Assembly: GCA_964447495.1 (NCBI GenBank)
Contig: CAYUTF010000029.1
Coordinates: forward strand, 1-27,919
Length of the DNA stretch: 27,919 bases
DNA from: an uncultured archaeon
Lineage (GTDB): Archaea > Asgardarchaeota > Lokiarchaeia > Sigyniarchaeales > SOKP01
Direction: 5' to 3'
A program made the translations under genes and the position numbers. Shown here piece after piece: positions 18,273-27,205 of the stretch. Position 1 is the stretch's first letter, and the number at the start of each line of letters is the position of its first letter. The notes beneath the pieces were generated by a model. The model was given only the letters and a program-made list of their open reading frames with translations, was not told the DNA's origin and searched no databases.

Positions 18273-19601
18273 ATGAATGAAATTGAAGAGAAAAAGCCCC
18301 ATTTAAAACGAAAGGTATCTTTATTCGCTCTTACTATGTATGGTGTGGGCAACATCTTAGGAGCAGGTATATATGCTCTAATAGGTCAAGTTGTAGGGGT
18401 GACAGGAAATATATCATGGCTCTCTTTTATGCTAGCAGCTGTTACAGGGGCATTAACAGGTTTATCATACGCAGAGTTGTCTGCGATGTATCCAAAGAGT
18501 GCTGCTGAGTTTGTGTATACTGAGAAGGCTTTTAAAGTACGAATATTATCATTTATATTAGGTTGGATTATAATATTTTCGGGATTATTTTCAGCAACAA
18601 CAGTGGCACTCGGCTTTGCGGGTTATCTAGCAGCTTTAATTGGAATTCCTTCGATCTTTTTAGTAATACCCCTTGCAATCACCTTAGTCATAGGTCTAAG
18701 CCTTATTAATTATATTGGAATAAAAACATCAACTTGGACGAATATTATTTTTACATTAACTGAAGCAGCAGGGTTAATCTTCATTATTATTATTGGAATC
18801 CCATATTTTGGAACCGTAGACTACTTTCAATTACCCCTTACAACTGCTCCTTTTGCTATTTTTTCTTCAGTAGCGCTAATCTTTTTCGCATATATTGGAT
18901 TTGAAGATATTGCGAATATTGCAGAAGAAGTTAAGAATCCTGAAAAAAATCTACCTAAAGCAATTATTTACTCATTAGCAATAACTACCGTTTTATATTG
19001 CTTAACCGCAATCTCTGTTGTAAGCATCGTACCATATTCTACAATCGCGGGTTCGCAAGAACCCTTAACAACTGTTGCTGTTGCGGCTATAGGACCTATT
19101 GGAGGATTCATTATATCTTTTATCGCTCTTTTCGCTACTGCCAACACCGTGTTAATAATGTTAATTGTCACCTCTCGAATGATGTATGGAATGGCGAGAG
19201 ATAAAGCTTTACCTGAGTCTTTGAGTAAAATATCTAAAAAACATAAAACCCCTACGATTTCTGTGTTTATAGCGATGATAATTGTTATTGCAATGCTATT
19301 TCTCGGAGATATTGATATTGTAGCCCACGCAACGGTTTTTGGTGTATTAATCAATTTTATTCTTGTTAATCTTAGTTTAATAGTATTAAGAAGGAATAAC
19401 CCTGAAGCTAATCGTCCATTTAAACTTAAACCAAATATAGGGTTTATTCCTATCATAGGATTATTAGGAGTCATAGTTTGCATTGGACTTTTATTCACTT
19501 TTGACTGGATAACGCTTCTTATAAATGGTCTTATTATTTTGGGGGGTCTCATAGTATTTTATATTTTAAAATCAAAAATTGAAACAAAAACACCCAAATA
19601 G
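18273..19601 (+). CDS. APC-superfamily amino acid permease
   Basis: GNILGAGIY, YAELSAMYP, FFAYIGFE, AEEVKNP, SRMMYGMARD, with about 12 hydrophobic segments. Confidence 0.95.
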   Translation: MNEIEEKKPHLKRKVSLFALTMYGVGNILGAGIYALIGQVVGVTGNISWLSFMLAAVTGALTGLSYAELSAMYPKSAAEFVYTEKAFKVRILSFILGWIIIFSGLFSATTVALGFAGYLAALIGIPSIFLVIPLAITLVIGLSLINYIGIKTSTWTNIIFTLTEAAGLIFIIIIGIPYFGTVDYFQLPLTTAPFAIFSSVALIFFAYIGFEDIANIAEEVKNPEKNLPKAIIYSLAITTVLYCLTAISVVSIVPYSTIAGSQEPLTTVAVAAIGPIGGFIISFIALFATANTVLIMLIVTSRMMYGMARDKALPESLSKISKKHKTPTISVFIAMIIVIAMLFLGDIDIVAHATVFGVLINFILVNLSLIVLRRNNPEANRPFKLKPNIGFIPIIGLLGVIVCIGLLFTFDWITLLINGLIILGGLIVFYILKSKIETKTPK

Positions 19602-19668
19602 TCTTATCTAGATTAATCTACTAAAAAAATGATATATTGAAGTCCAAAAAGGAAAAAAGGGGAATAGG

Positions 19669-21294
19669 GTGCATATTAAAAAAAAAATATTAATTGCCAT
19701 AATCTTATCAGTTAGCATAATAAGCACTTCCATTTTGGTTTATTTTCTATTACTTCCGGCGAATGAAGACCAGAGTGTTAACCCCGTTTTCAAGGGAGGC
19801 ACTATTTCTCAAGATGAAACATGGTCTGGTGTGATATTTGTAAATCAGAGTATTTTAGTTCCAAAAGGGGTTACATTAACAATTCTACCGGGAACACAAA
19901 TTTATTTCAAACCATGTCGCGATTACAAATCATTACAATATATAGGGTTTGCTGTGGTTGAAGGGACAATTATAGCAAATGGTACTTCAACAAAACAGAT
20001 TTGGTTTACATCCGATGCTGATGAGCCAATCAATGGTGATTGGGGGGGAATTGAATTGTATAGAACGAATACTTCAATATTTAACTATGTGATCGTAGAA
20101 TATGCCAATATGGGAATTGCTCAATTCGATTCAAAAGTAAAAATTTCTCATTCAATTATACGGTGGATAAATAGTGAGGGAATCTATATGGAACGGTCTA
20201 AACCTGTAATTGAATATAACCTCCTATATCAAAACGGTTATCATGAAATAGCACTTGAGCAATATAATTATGATGTCGAAATTAGAAATAATATCTTTGC
20301 TGGGGGGCATGTACCCTTCATAGTATTCGACTCGAACGTCACACTTGAGGGCAATTATTTTTACAATTATAATAATACCTATCTAACTGCGGTACAAATT
20401 GCCGGAATAGCAAATGCTACAGTTATAGGAAACAGATTTGATGGATTCGATAATAATACTGCTATTAAATTGCTCCAAAATTCCAGCACACTTATTTGTG
20501 AAAACAATGACTTCGGTGAAGGATTCATTCCCATACCTGAACTGGGCTTTGAAGATGTTAAACACAGTATTTTGGGTTACACACCAGGTGATCCAGGGGA
20601 TCTATTTATGTATGTCTATGCTTCTCTGGATGAAACAAGAAGTGTAGCAAGGAGAATAGGTGCGGGATTAGGATTTGGTTGGGCATTAGAGTACGCTAAT
20701 GGCTATATTTGGAAACTCGAAACAGGAAAATTATTGAAAATCGATCCCATCTTGTCAAATTATACTGAATATTCAGTTGATACTTCACAGGTATTTGGGC
20801 CAAGAGGAATGTGTTATGATGGGGAATACTTTTGGGCGCATGATCATTCTCTCTTAAATATTGTTAAGTTTAAGGTTAATGCTACTGCAGTAACCATCTA
20901 TGATTCTTTTCCTATTCCTGAATATGAAACTGGAGGTCGCCAAGGCGTAGCAACCGATGGAACTTATCTTTACATTTCTAATAGAGGGGGTACAAAACTG
21001 TTTGAATTGTACAAAAATGGGACGATACATAGAACCATCAACTTAAGTGGGATTGATCTATATTGTCCATTCACCTGGAACGGCACTCATTTCTGGTCCA
21101 GTGCGGGTAACATGCTCATTGCGTGGACGAAAGAGGGTGAAATTGTAGGGAGAATCTATGATGTGGCTGGGGGATGTATAGGAATGTCATGGGATGGCAA
21201 TTATCTTTGGGGAATTTATCGAACCTGTGAAACATGGAACGATGCGAAAATCTTCCAAATTGAAATTCTTAATGATTCCTTAATTACCCCTTAA
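19669..21294 (+). CDS. membrane-anchored/secreted glycoprotein: right-handed beta-helix + C-terminal beta-propeller-like domain
   Basis: N-terminal KKK plus hydrophobic helix. VTLTILPGT, IWFTS and GDWGGI followed by parallel beta-helix repeats. C-terminal repeats G(M/V)x(Y/W/T)DGxY(L/F)(W/Y). Many N-x-S/T sequons. GTG start. Confidence 0.78.
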   Translation: MHIKKKILIAIILSVSIISTSILVYFLLLPANEDQSVNPVFKGGTISQDETWSGVIFVNQSILVPKGVTLTILPGTQIYFKPCRDYKSLQYIGFAVVEGTIIANGTSTKQIWFTSDADEPINGDWGGIELYRTNTSIFNYVIVEYANMGIAQFDSKVKISHSIIRWINSEGIYMERSKPVIEYNLLYQNGYHEIALEQYNYDVEIRNNIFAGGHVPFIVFDSNVTLEGNYFYNYNNTYLTAVQIAGIANATVIGNRFDGFDNNTAIKLLQNSSTLICENNDFGEGFIPIPELGFEDVKHSILGYTPGDPGDLFMYVYASLDETRSVARRIGAGLGFGWALEYANGYIWKLETGKLLKIDPILSNYTEYSVDTSQVFGPRGMCYDGEYFWAHDHSLLNIVKFKVNATAVTIYDSFPIPEYETGGRQGVATDGTYLYISNRGGTKLFELYKNGTIHRTINLSGIDLYCPFTWNGTHFWSSAGNMLIAWTKEGEIVGRIYDVAGGCIGMSWDGNYLWGIYRTCETWNDAKIFQIEILNDSLITP

Positions 21295-21361
21295 TCTCCT
21301 ATATTCAAATGGGAAATATTAAAAATAAAAAAAAGAGAATTTATCTATTTTATTCGATATT

Positions 21362-21685
21362 TTATTCGGGCATCTGAAGACCAACCATTGGTAAGGCTTC
21401 GACTCCCGAAAAATAGGTATCCGATTTAAACTTCATTCCTTCAATATCTTCATAGAGCAAATTCTGTGCTATAATTCTTTTCATCAATTCCTCGTATTTA
21501 CCCTCTTTCACTTCAGTAATACTAATCGTTTCTATTCGATCTTTATATACTCTTGTCGCTAATCGTAAAATCGATTTTTCTAAAGACCTATCCATCGGAA
21601 ATTTCTTACTGATTTCTATATATTTTTTTGCGACTGCTTTTGCTTTCGATAGAGGAAAGCTAGAAGTCGATACTATCAATACCAT
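21362..21685 (-). CDS. hypothetical protein (107 aa, start reassigned to MVLIVSTS)
   Basis: ATG at 21685 is preceded by an AGAGAGGT Shine-Dalgarno-like sequence. The 37 upstream codons in the ORF track look non-coding. Confidence 0.7.
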   Translation of the reverse strand: MVLIVSTSSFPLSKAKAVAKKYIEISKKFPMDRSLEKSILRLATRVYKDRIETISITEVKEGKYEELMKRIIAQNLLYEDIEGMKFKSDTYFSGVEALPMVGLQMPE

Positions 21686-21845
21686 TTTATATACCTCTCT
21701 TTGAGTTAAAATCGAAATTGGATTTGAACCAATCTTTAATAATGGTGGTATTTTATATAAATATTTACTTTTTTGTGAGAGAGTAATAATAATCATAATA
21801 ATGGAATTGGCCTTAAAATTTAGCCATAAGAAGAATGAATGTAAA

Positions 21846-21978
21846 TGCCGGTGGTGGGATATGAGCCCACGACCTCCAGATTACATCCGTCTGACCCATT
21901 TCTCTAGAAGGATTATGAGTCTGGTGCTGAAGTTAAGCAACCTAATTGCTGCTTTATAACCAACTAAGCCACACCGGC
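21846..21978 (-). tRNA. trnM: tRNA-Met(CAT), elongator type, with two introns (22/23: 21955-21929; anticodon loop 37/38 or 38/39: 32 nt, about 21913-21881)
   Basis: Spliced: GCCGGTG TG GCTT AGTTGGTTA TAGC A CCAGA CTCATAA TCTGG AGGTC GTGGG CTCATAT CCCAC CACCGGC A. Acceptor, anticodon and T stems pair perfectly. The G1-C72 acceptor argues against initiator tRNA. T-loop is atypical. Confidence 0.85.
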
Positions 21979-21989
21979 ATGGTTTCAAA

Positions 21990-22125
21990 TGGAGCCCCAG
22001 GGGGGATTTTCAACTAAGAGTAAATCTCTTTTTTTTTTGAACCCCCGACCTTTGCCTTACCAAGGCAACGCTTACGGTAAAAGCATCATTTTATATATTT
22101 TTTCTACCAGCTAAGCAACTAGGGC
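21990..22125 (-). tRNA. trnT: tRNA-Thr(GGT) with two non-canonical introns (22/23: 22103-22073; 59/60: 22035-22007), CCA encoded
   Basis: Spliced: GCCCTAG TT GCTT AGCTGGTA GAGC G TTGCC TTGGTAA GGCAA AGGTC GGGGG TTCAAAT CCCCC CTGGGGC T CCA. Both inserts sit in BHB motifs (central helices TGGT/ACCG and TTCA/TGAA). Confidence 0.92.
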
Positions 22126-22197
22126 TACTATTGGTTGTTTCTGATGATTTGCTTTCAGTTTTACCAATAGATTATGTGATTGGTATTAATGGTTTCT

Positions 22198-22214
22198 ACA
22201 TTAAAAATTTTTGT
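22198..22214 (-). promoter_or_regulatory. probable BRE/TATA promoter of the tRNA pair
   Basis: Minus strand ACAAAAATTTTTAATGT, about 75 nt upstream of mature tRNA-Thr. Confidence 0.4.
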
Positions 22215-22309
22215 ACTACTATCTTAATCTAATATTGAAGTCATTTTTAGCAGTTTTGTCTCATAATCTTATCTTACTAAAAATAAAAAAAAAGAGATAA
22301 GATTTTTAG

Positions 22310-22990
22310 TTATACCAAAGCTGTAAATAAAGCACCTAAAGTAATGTAGAATTGCGCCATTACATAAGTGCTCATAATGATGAATCGTGCGTTGGTAAAT
22401 TCCCCCGCCCATTTATTTACTGCTATTGAAGAGTCTGAGAATATAAAAGATATAGAACCAATATATATCAGAATTGATGCCAATCCTTGAATTGTCGATA
22501 ATCGCACTAAAGCCGCTATATGCATTAACAATATAGCTGCCATATAAACTAATACAGCAATTTTCATATCTCCGCTTTTGTTTAGGAATCGGGGCACCGT
22601 AAAAATTAGAATTAAGATTGCTGGCCCTAATAAAAACAAACCCCATGGATTAAATGTCGTGTAGTCTTTTATGGAGAAAAAGAACGACAGAATATAGAAA
22701 ACTTGGTTAATTAAAAATGCAACCATTCCATATAAAAACCATTTCTCTTCATTCTTTAGCATTAAAAAGATATCTCCTGCACAACCACCAATTAACGCAA
22801 CCACGATTAACCAATCAACATTAGTAATTAAAGTTGTAGTCTCAACTACTCCAAAAATATAAAAAAGTATCAGCATCGGCATTAAGAGGGGTTTAAAAAT
22901 ATTGATGAGTTTATCATTATCCTTATATTCGCCAAAGACTTCAATTATAACAAAAATAAAGAATAATGCAAGAAAGATGTATTCAATCAT
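22310..22990 (-). CDS. YhhN/TMEM86 family lysoplasmalogenase-like membrane protein
   Basis: FKPLLMP, GDIFLM, FLYGMVAFL, SFIFSDS and IMSTYVMAQ, with about 8 TM segments. The usual His after AFL reads Gln (FLINQ). Confidence 0.9.
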   Translation of the reverse strand: MIEYIFLALFFIFVIIEVFGEYKDNDKLINIFKPLLMPMLILFYIFGVVETTTLITNVDWLIVVALIGGCAGDIFLMLKNEEKWFLYGMVAFLINQVFYILSFFFSIKDYTTFNPWGLFLLGPAILILIFTVPRFLNKSGDMKIAVLVYMAAILLMHIAALVRLSTIQGLASILIYIGSISFIFSDSSIAVNKWAGEFTNARFIIMSTYVMAQFYITLGALFTALV

Positions 22991-23201
22991 AAGTTTTCAT
23001 TCATTAGATGTTTAATTTAAAAATATTCTAAACAAGTTTATATAATTTTAGAATAAGAAATAATTGATTTTTTTTAACCGCTTCTTTCAAGAATGGTGAA
23101 GGTAGGCATATAAATATGGATGGATGCTTTGAACTTTCAACTTTTATAGTACTAAAAAATGAGCCTCAACTGATAATTCATCCTCTTGTAAGAAAAAATA
23201 A

Positions 23202-23228
23202 ATATGTGTATTCACATATATTCACATA
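23202..23228. promoter_or_regulatory. palindromic operator upstream of antitoxin gene
   Basis: ATATGTG-TATT-CACATAT perfect inverted repeat (23202-23219), overlapping a direct repeat TATTCACATA x2 (23209-23228). The element ends 19 nt before the antitoxin ATG. Confidence 0.6.
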
Positions 23229-23247
23229 ATAAGAAAAAAAAATTGGA

Positions 23248-23481
23248 ATGAAGAGAATGGCAAATCTTACATTATCCATCCCAAATGAATTAAAAAAGGA
23301 AATGGAGGCGTTTCCTGAGATTAATTGGTCAGAAGTCGCAAGAGATTCGATTAAGCAAAAGATTGTACAATTGAATTTCTTAAAAGGTTTTCGAATGGAC
23401 AGCGAAATCACACCTCAAGATGCATTAACTCTTGGAAAAGAAATAAGTGAAAAATTAATTAAGCATTACACACAGGAATAA
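23248..23481 (+). CDS. ribbon-helix-helix antitoxin (VapB-like)
   Basis: MANLTLSIPNELKKEMEAFPEINWSEVARDSI is the archaeal RHH antitoxin pattern. Ends 2 nt before the PIN gene. Confidence 0.85.
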   Translation: MKRMANLTLSIPNELKKEMEAFPEINWSEVARDSIKQKIVQLNFLKGFRMDSEITPQDALTLGKEISEKLIKHYTQE

Positions 23482-23483
23482 CG

Positions 23484-23903
23484 TTGAAATTAGTACTTGA
23501 TGCAAATATTCTTTTTGCGGCTTTAATAAAGGAAGGTCTGACTGCTGAACTTTTAATTAGCGATAAGCTGCATCTCTTTGCTCCTGAGTTTCTCTTTGAA
23601 GAATTCTCTAAATATGAAGCACTTATTCTACAAAAAATGTACCGCTCCCCTGAAGATTTCAGGCATTTTTTCGCATTATTAAAAGAACAAATCACTATTG
23701 TTCCGAAAGAAGAAATAACTCCATTTATGGATAAAGTTATAAAAATCTCTCCTGATCCCAAAGATCCATTATATTTAGCTCTTGCAATCGCTCTTAAAGC
23801 CAATATCTGGTCCAATGATAAACAACTAAAACAAGGTCAAAAAAAAATTATTGTTTTCTCAACGGAAGAATTGATTGAAAAAACGAGTTTATTAAAAACT
23901 TAA
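23484..23903 (+). CDS. vapC: PIN-domain ribonuclease toxin (VapC-like)
   Basis: LVLDANILFA, FEE, DPKDPLYLALA and IWSND supply the PIN acidic active-site residues. TTG start. Confidence 0.9.
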   Translation: MKLVLDANILFAALIKEGLTAELLISDKLHLFAPEFLFEEFSKYEALILQKMYRSPEDFRHFFALLKEQITIVPKEEITPFMDKVIKISPDPKDPLYLALAIALKANIWSNDKQLKQGQKKIIVFSTEELIEKTSLLKT

Positions 23904-24084
23904 ATATATCTTTATTTTTCTAAATCAGTCGAAAGGGGCACTAAGTGGGAACAAAATGATAAATAAAGAAAAAGGGAAACAAAATATTATTGTAGATATG
24001 CAATTTTTTAAACATCAATATAAATAAATGTTCTTGAATAGTAATCTCATTCTTTACATGGCTAATTCTCTTTCACTTATGAAC

Positions 24085-24732
24085 TTATTCTGGGAGAGAA
24101 GTTAACTTAAGCAGTTTTAAGAAATGTTTCATAAACTCGGGTAAGCCAAGCCACGAAGGAGCGGTTACTAAATTACCATCTGTAATGGCGACATCTGGAG
24201 GAAATTCATCCTCTATTATTGCTCCAAGTAATTTAGCTTCAAGTATTGCTGATGGATATGCTACCATCTTTTTTCCCTTGAGATAATGAACATCAGAAAG
24301 ATTCGCATCTGTATGCGTTAATATGTGAGGGCCATGACATATAGCTCCGATTGGCTTATTCGTTTTGATAAAGTGAGTAACTATTTGTTGTACATCTGGA
24401 ACCGAAGCTAAGTATTCAGGTGCTCTTCCCCCAGGGATCAATAAACCATCATATTTCTGCAATTCTTTTTCAATATCTTCCCAATCAAATTCGTGATTAA
24501 TTCTATATGGATGTGCGAGCGTTTCTGAATACGTTACCATTTTTCCCTCCATCGCGAGTTGCATATCTGGCTCTGAAATATAATGGGCAACCGTCTTTAT
24601 ATAATCGCCTCTCTTTTTTCCTGGGCAAATTGCGTGGATTTGAGCTCCAAACATAGTTAATGTGCTGATGGGTACCATTAATTCATAATCGTCAACAAAA
24701 TCGCCAACTAGCATTAACACTTTTTTAGTCAT
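24085..24732 (-). CDS. DJ-1/PfpI family protein (glyoxalase III/deglycase-like), start reassigned to MTKKVL
   Basis: KKVLMLVGDFVDDYE, YDGLLIPGGRAPEYL, nucleophile elbow AICHG, and DGNLVTA. Confidence 0.93.
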   Translation of the reverse strand: MTKKVLMLVGDFVDDYELMVPISTLTMFGAQIHAICPGKKRGDYIKTVAHYISEPDMQLAMEGKMVTYSETLAHPYRINHEFDWEDIEKELQKYDGLLIPGGRAPEYLASVPDVQQIVTHFIKTNKPIGAICHGPHILTHTDANLSDVHYLKGKKMVAYPSAILEAKLLGAIIEDEFPPDVAITDGNLVTAPSWLGLPEFMKHFLKLLKLTSLPE

Positions 24733-24863
24733 AAATGTTACTTTGAATCCCACATTTAAAAGATTTACATTAGGAGCTTTCACTCTTAAAATGACTTTAC
24801 TAAAAAGAATTTAATTAAATTTGCTGAAAAGATTGAGAAAATTGTGAAAAAATAGAAACTAAA

Positions 24864-25829
24864 TTATTTTTGATTTGTTCCACTATGCTTTTTAGGTTTA
24901 TGAATGGAAGGAACATAAACCTTAATCTTTGGAACATAGATTTTAGGTGTTTGCATTTTTAGTGGCATTTTCATATATTTCTCAAGGTCTGGAAGGTTAA
25001 GCTCCTCCATCTTATTTTCCAAAATTTTTTTTGCTTCAACATAAAAACTCCCTTCTTGTTCTTTTACTTCTCCTTCATGCTTCTTAGATTCAACATTTCT
25101 TTCACCTATTTTTGCTTTATTTAATTTTAATGTTTCTACTTCTGTCTCAATGCGTTTTGGTCCAACTATTTCACTTTCAATTGTTTCTAGAAAGTCAATA
25201 TGGTTTAACTGTTTTCTACGTATTAAATCTTTATAATTATGCATAAAATTCTCGTAAGATTGATAATGATTAAATTCCTCTTCTTTAAAAACCCAACCTG
25301 TATCAGGATCATAAAGCATTCCAATTATTTTGACATTATTAGGAATTCCTTTATTGGCTTTTAATCGGCTTACTTGATTTTTAATATTTAATATCTCGTC
25401 AGAAATGGCTTTAAAAAACTTCTGTAATGAAAATCGAAGATCAACGCTACTTTTTCCAAGCTCTCGTAAAAATTCAATTGGAATTATGTTCCTTAATTCA
25501 TTAAAATGAATTTTTTTCATTCCACAATCCAAATGACCAAGAATAATAATATATTGAACTCCGTATTCGTAAATCGCAACTAAGAGTGATCGAAGCATGT
25601 CCTCTGAGATTTGGTTTCCACCATTCCTTAATACGAAAATATCTCCAGGATTAAGCTGGAAAATTCGATAAACATCAATTCTTGAGTCCATGCAAGTTAA
25701 TATTAAAACAGGAAATTTAGGAATTTTTCCCTTAATTTCAATAAATTCTTGCTCCTGTATAATTTTCCACTGATATCGATTATTTCCATCGATTAATTTT
25801 TCCATTATTTTATCTGCCAATCTTAACAC
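24864..25829 (-). CDS. beta-class carbonic anhydrase (Cab/clade D-like) with long C-terminal extension
   Basis: Zn ligands in TCMDSRI and GHLDCG, plus LRNGGN and GMLYDPDTG. About 140 extra C-terminal residues. Confidence 0.9.
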   Translation of the reverse strand: MLRLADKIMEKLIDGNNRYQWKIIQEQEFIEIKGKIPKFPVLILTCMDSRIDVYRIFQLNPGDIFVLRNGGNQISEDMLRSLLVAIYEYGVQYIIILGHLDCGMKKIHFNELRNIIPIEFLRELGKSSVDLRFSLQKFFKAISDEILNIKNQVSRLKANKGIPNNVKIIGMLYDPDTGWVFKEEEFNHYQSYENFMHNYKDLIRRKQLNHIDFLETIESEIVGPKRIETEVETLKLNKAKIGERNVESKKHEGEVKEQEGSFYVEAKKILENKMEELNLPDLEKYMKMPLKMQTPKIYVPKIKVYVPSIHKPKKHSGTNQK

Positions 25830-25912
25830 ACCAATAAATGAGTTTTACAATAACTCAATTCAAATTTAATTATTTAACCAACAAAAAAATAAATAAATTT
25901 ATAAAAAAATTT

Positions 25913-27097
25913 TTATTTTTTAGCGAAACTTGAAATTATCTCCTGAACTTTTGACTTTTCTTTCTCTCCATTTCCAAGAAAGTTCTTAATCTTATCGGAA
26001 TATTCTGGAAGTATTTGTAAAAACGGAATTATTGCTCTTGATAATGCGCTGAAAGCTTCATCACCATTTCCCATAATAAACATTTTATCGGGATTGATGT
26101 TTTTAAATATCTCAGGTAAGATATTCGTTAATTGGACTGCTAAAAATCGTTGATCAGCAGAACTCATTGCCTCAACCTGTTTTTCGAATCCTTCAGCTTG
26201 GGCTAGCATCTGTTGCCTAATACTTTCGGATTCACCTTCTGCTTGAGCAATTAATCTCTTTTTAATTTGGGCAGCATCTGCTTCAGCTTCAATTACTTTC
26301 TTTTGACGGTCTCCATCAGCTTCAATTTTTTTTCTTTCTCTCTCTTGTTCAGCAATTGCAATTTCCTTTTCCTTTCTCCGTATTTCAATATCTCTTTGAA
26401 CTAGTTGTTCTTGTGTCCCAACTTCATTCTGTACTTCTAATTCTCGTATTCTTGATTCTCTTTCTGCATCGGCTTTAGCAATTCGAGCTTTTCGATATTC
26501 AATTGCTTGCTTTGTTGCTTCCATATTCTTCTTTAATTCAGGCTCTAGTATGTTAACTTCCCTTATTTCTATAGATTCAATTACTATTCCCCAATCTGCC
26601 GTTAGTTCATGTATTTCTTTACTTACATGCTCAATAATTTCACGACGTTCTCTAATTATTTTTTCAAGAGGCATATTAGCACAAGTAGTTCTAATTATAG
26701 CTTCTGCGGCGTTTTTTAAAATTTTCTCGACATAATGATCATCTCGTGGCACCCAAGATACCGCGCTAAATGCTTTTTCAGGGTCAACAACTTTCCATAT
26801 TAACATTCCTACTATAGATATATTTTGGTATTCCATAGATACTACTTGTTCATGAGCTTCTAGAATAGTTTGGATACTCGTAGTAGGAATTACTATATAT
26901 TCGTCAATCAATGGTAATAACCAGATTCTTCCACCTAATCCAGCAGATTTTACTTTACCGTTTCTTAAATGAATTACAAACTGGTTGGTTCTGAACTTCC
27001 TATATCGTGTAGCCATAAATATGATAAATAGAAAACTGATTACAACGATACTCACGATTACGCCAACTAAAGGAAAATTAATATCTTGAAATATCAT
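25913..27097 (-). CDS. SPFH/band 7 flotillin-like protein
   Basis: N-terminal TM helix, SPFH core (IIRTTCANMPLEKIIRER, DWGIVIESIEIREV), and A-E-A-rich coiled coil (IEAEADA, AQAEGE, AQAEG). AGGAGG lies upstream. Confidence 0.92.
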   Translation of the reverse strand: MIFQDINFPLVGVIVSIVVISFLFIIFMATRYRKFRTNQFVIHLRNGKVKSAGLGGRIWLLPLIDEYIVIPTTSIQTILEAHEQVVSMEYQNISIVGMLIWKVVDPEKAFSAVSWVPRDDHYVEKILKNAAEAIIRTTCANMPLEKIIRERREIIEHVSKEIHELTADWGIVIESIEIREVNILEPELKKNMEATKQAIEYRKARIAKADAERESRIRELEVQNEVGTQEQLVQRDIEIRRKEKEIAIAEQERERKKIEADGDRQKKVIEAEADAAQIKKRLIAQAEGESESIRQQMLAQAEGFEKQVEAMSSADQRFLAVQLTNILPEIFKNINPDKMFIMGNGDEAFSALSRAIIPFLQILPEYSDKIKNFLGNGEKEKSKVQEIISSFAKK

Positions 27098-27115
27098 TTC
27101 TTTTCATTTCCTCCT

Positions 27116-27205
27116 TTTTTTTTTTATTTTTTTTATTTTTTAATATTTTTTTTTATTTTTTAATATTTTTTTTTATTTTTTATTTAAATTTTTAATATTT
27201 TTTTT
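27116..27205. repeat. T-rich low-complexity tract with a 20-nt tandem unit
   Basis: TAATATTTTTTTTTATTTTT repeated exactly at 27141 and 27161, with degenerate flanking copies. No G or C from 27116 to 27206. Confidence 0.8.

Noticed and set aside
21881-21913. Cis-acting C/D methylation guide in the tRNA-Met intron (ATGGGTC is complementary to GACTCAT, followed by CAGA)
   Set aside because: The intron is only 32 nt, has no box C, and the D+5 rule would not land on C34. It may just be an alternative pairing.
22141-22170. Hammerhead ribozyme or box C/D RNA suggested by CTGATGA on the plus strand
   Set aside because: No stem II followed by GAAA, and no correctly placed box D.
21846-23903. Integrated element at the tRNA genes
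   Set aside because: No integrase or transposase, and no duplicated tRNA 3' end found by eye.
4704-26735. Short ORF-track entries on the opposite strand or in alternate frames (e.g. 4704, 5149, 9137, 9857, 10460, 10814, 11515, 12657, 14136, 14586, 15801, 18968, 18998, 20383, 20438, 22413, 23178, 23459, 26550)
   Set aside because: All overlap well-supported genes and have no recognisable motifs; treated as shadow ORFs.
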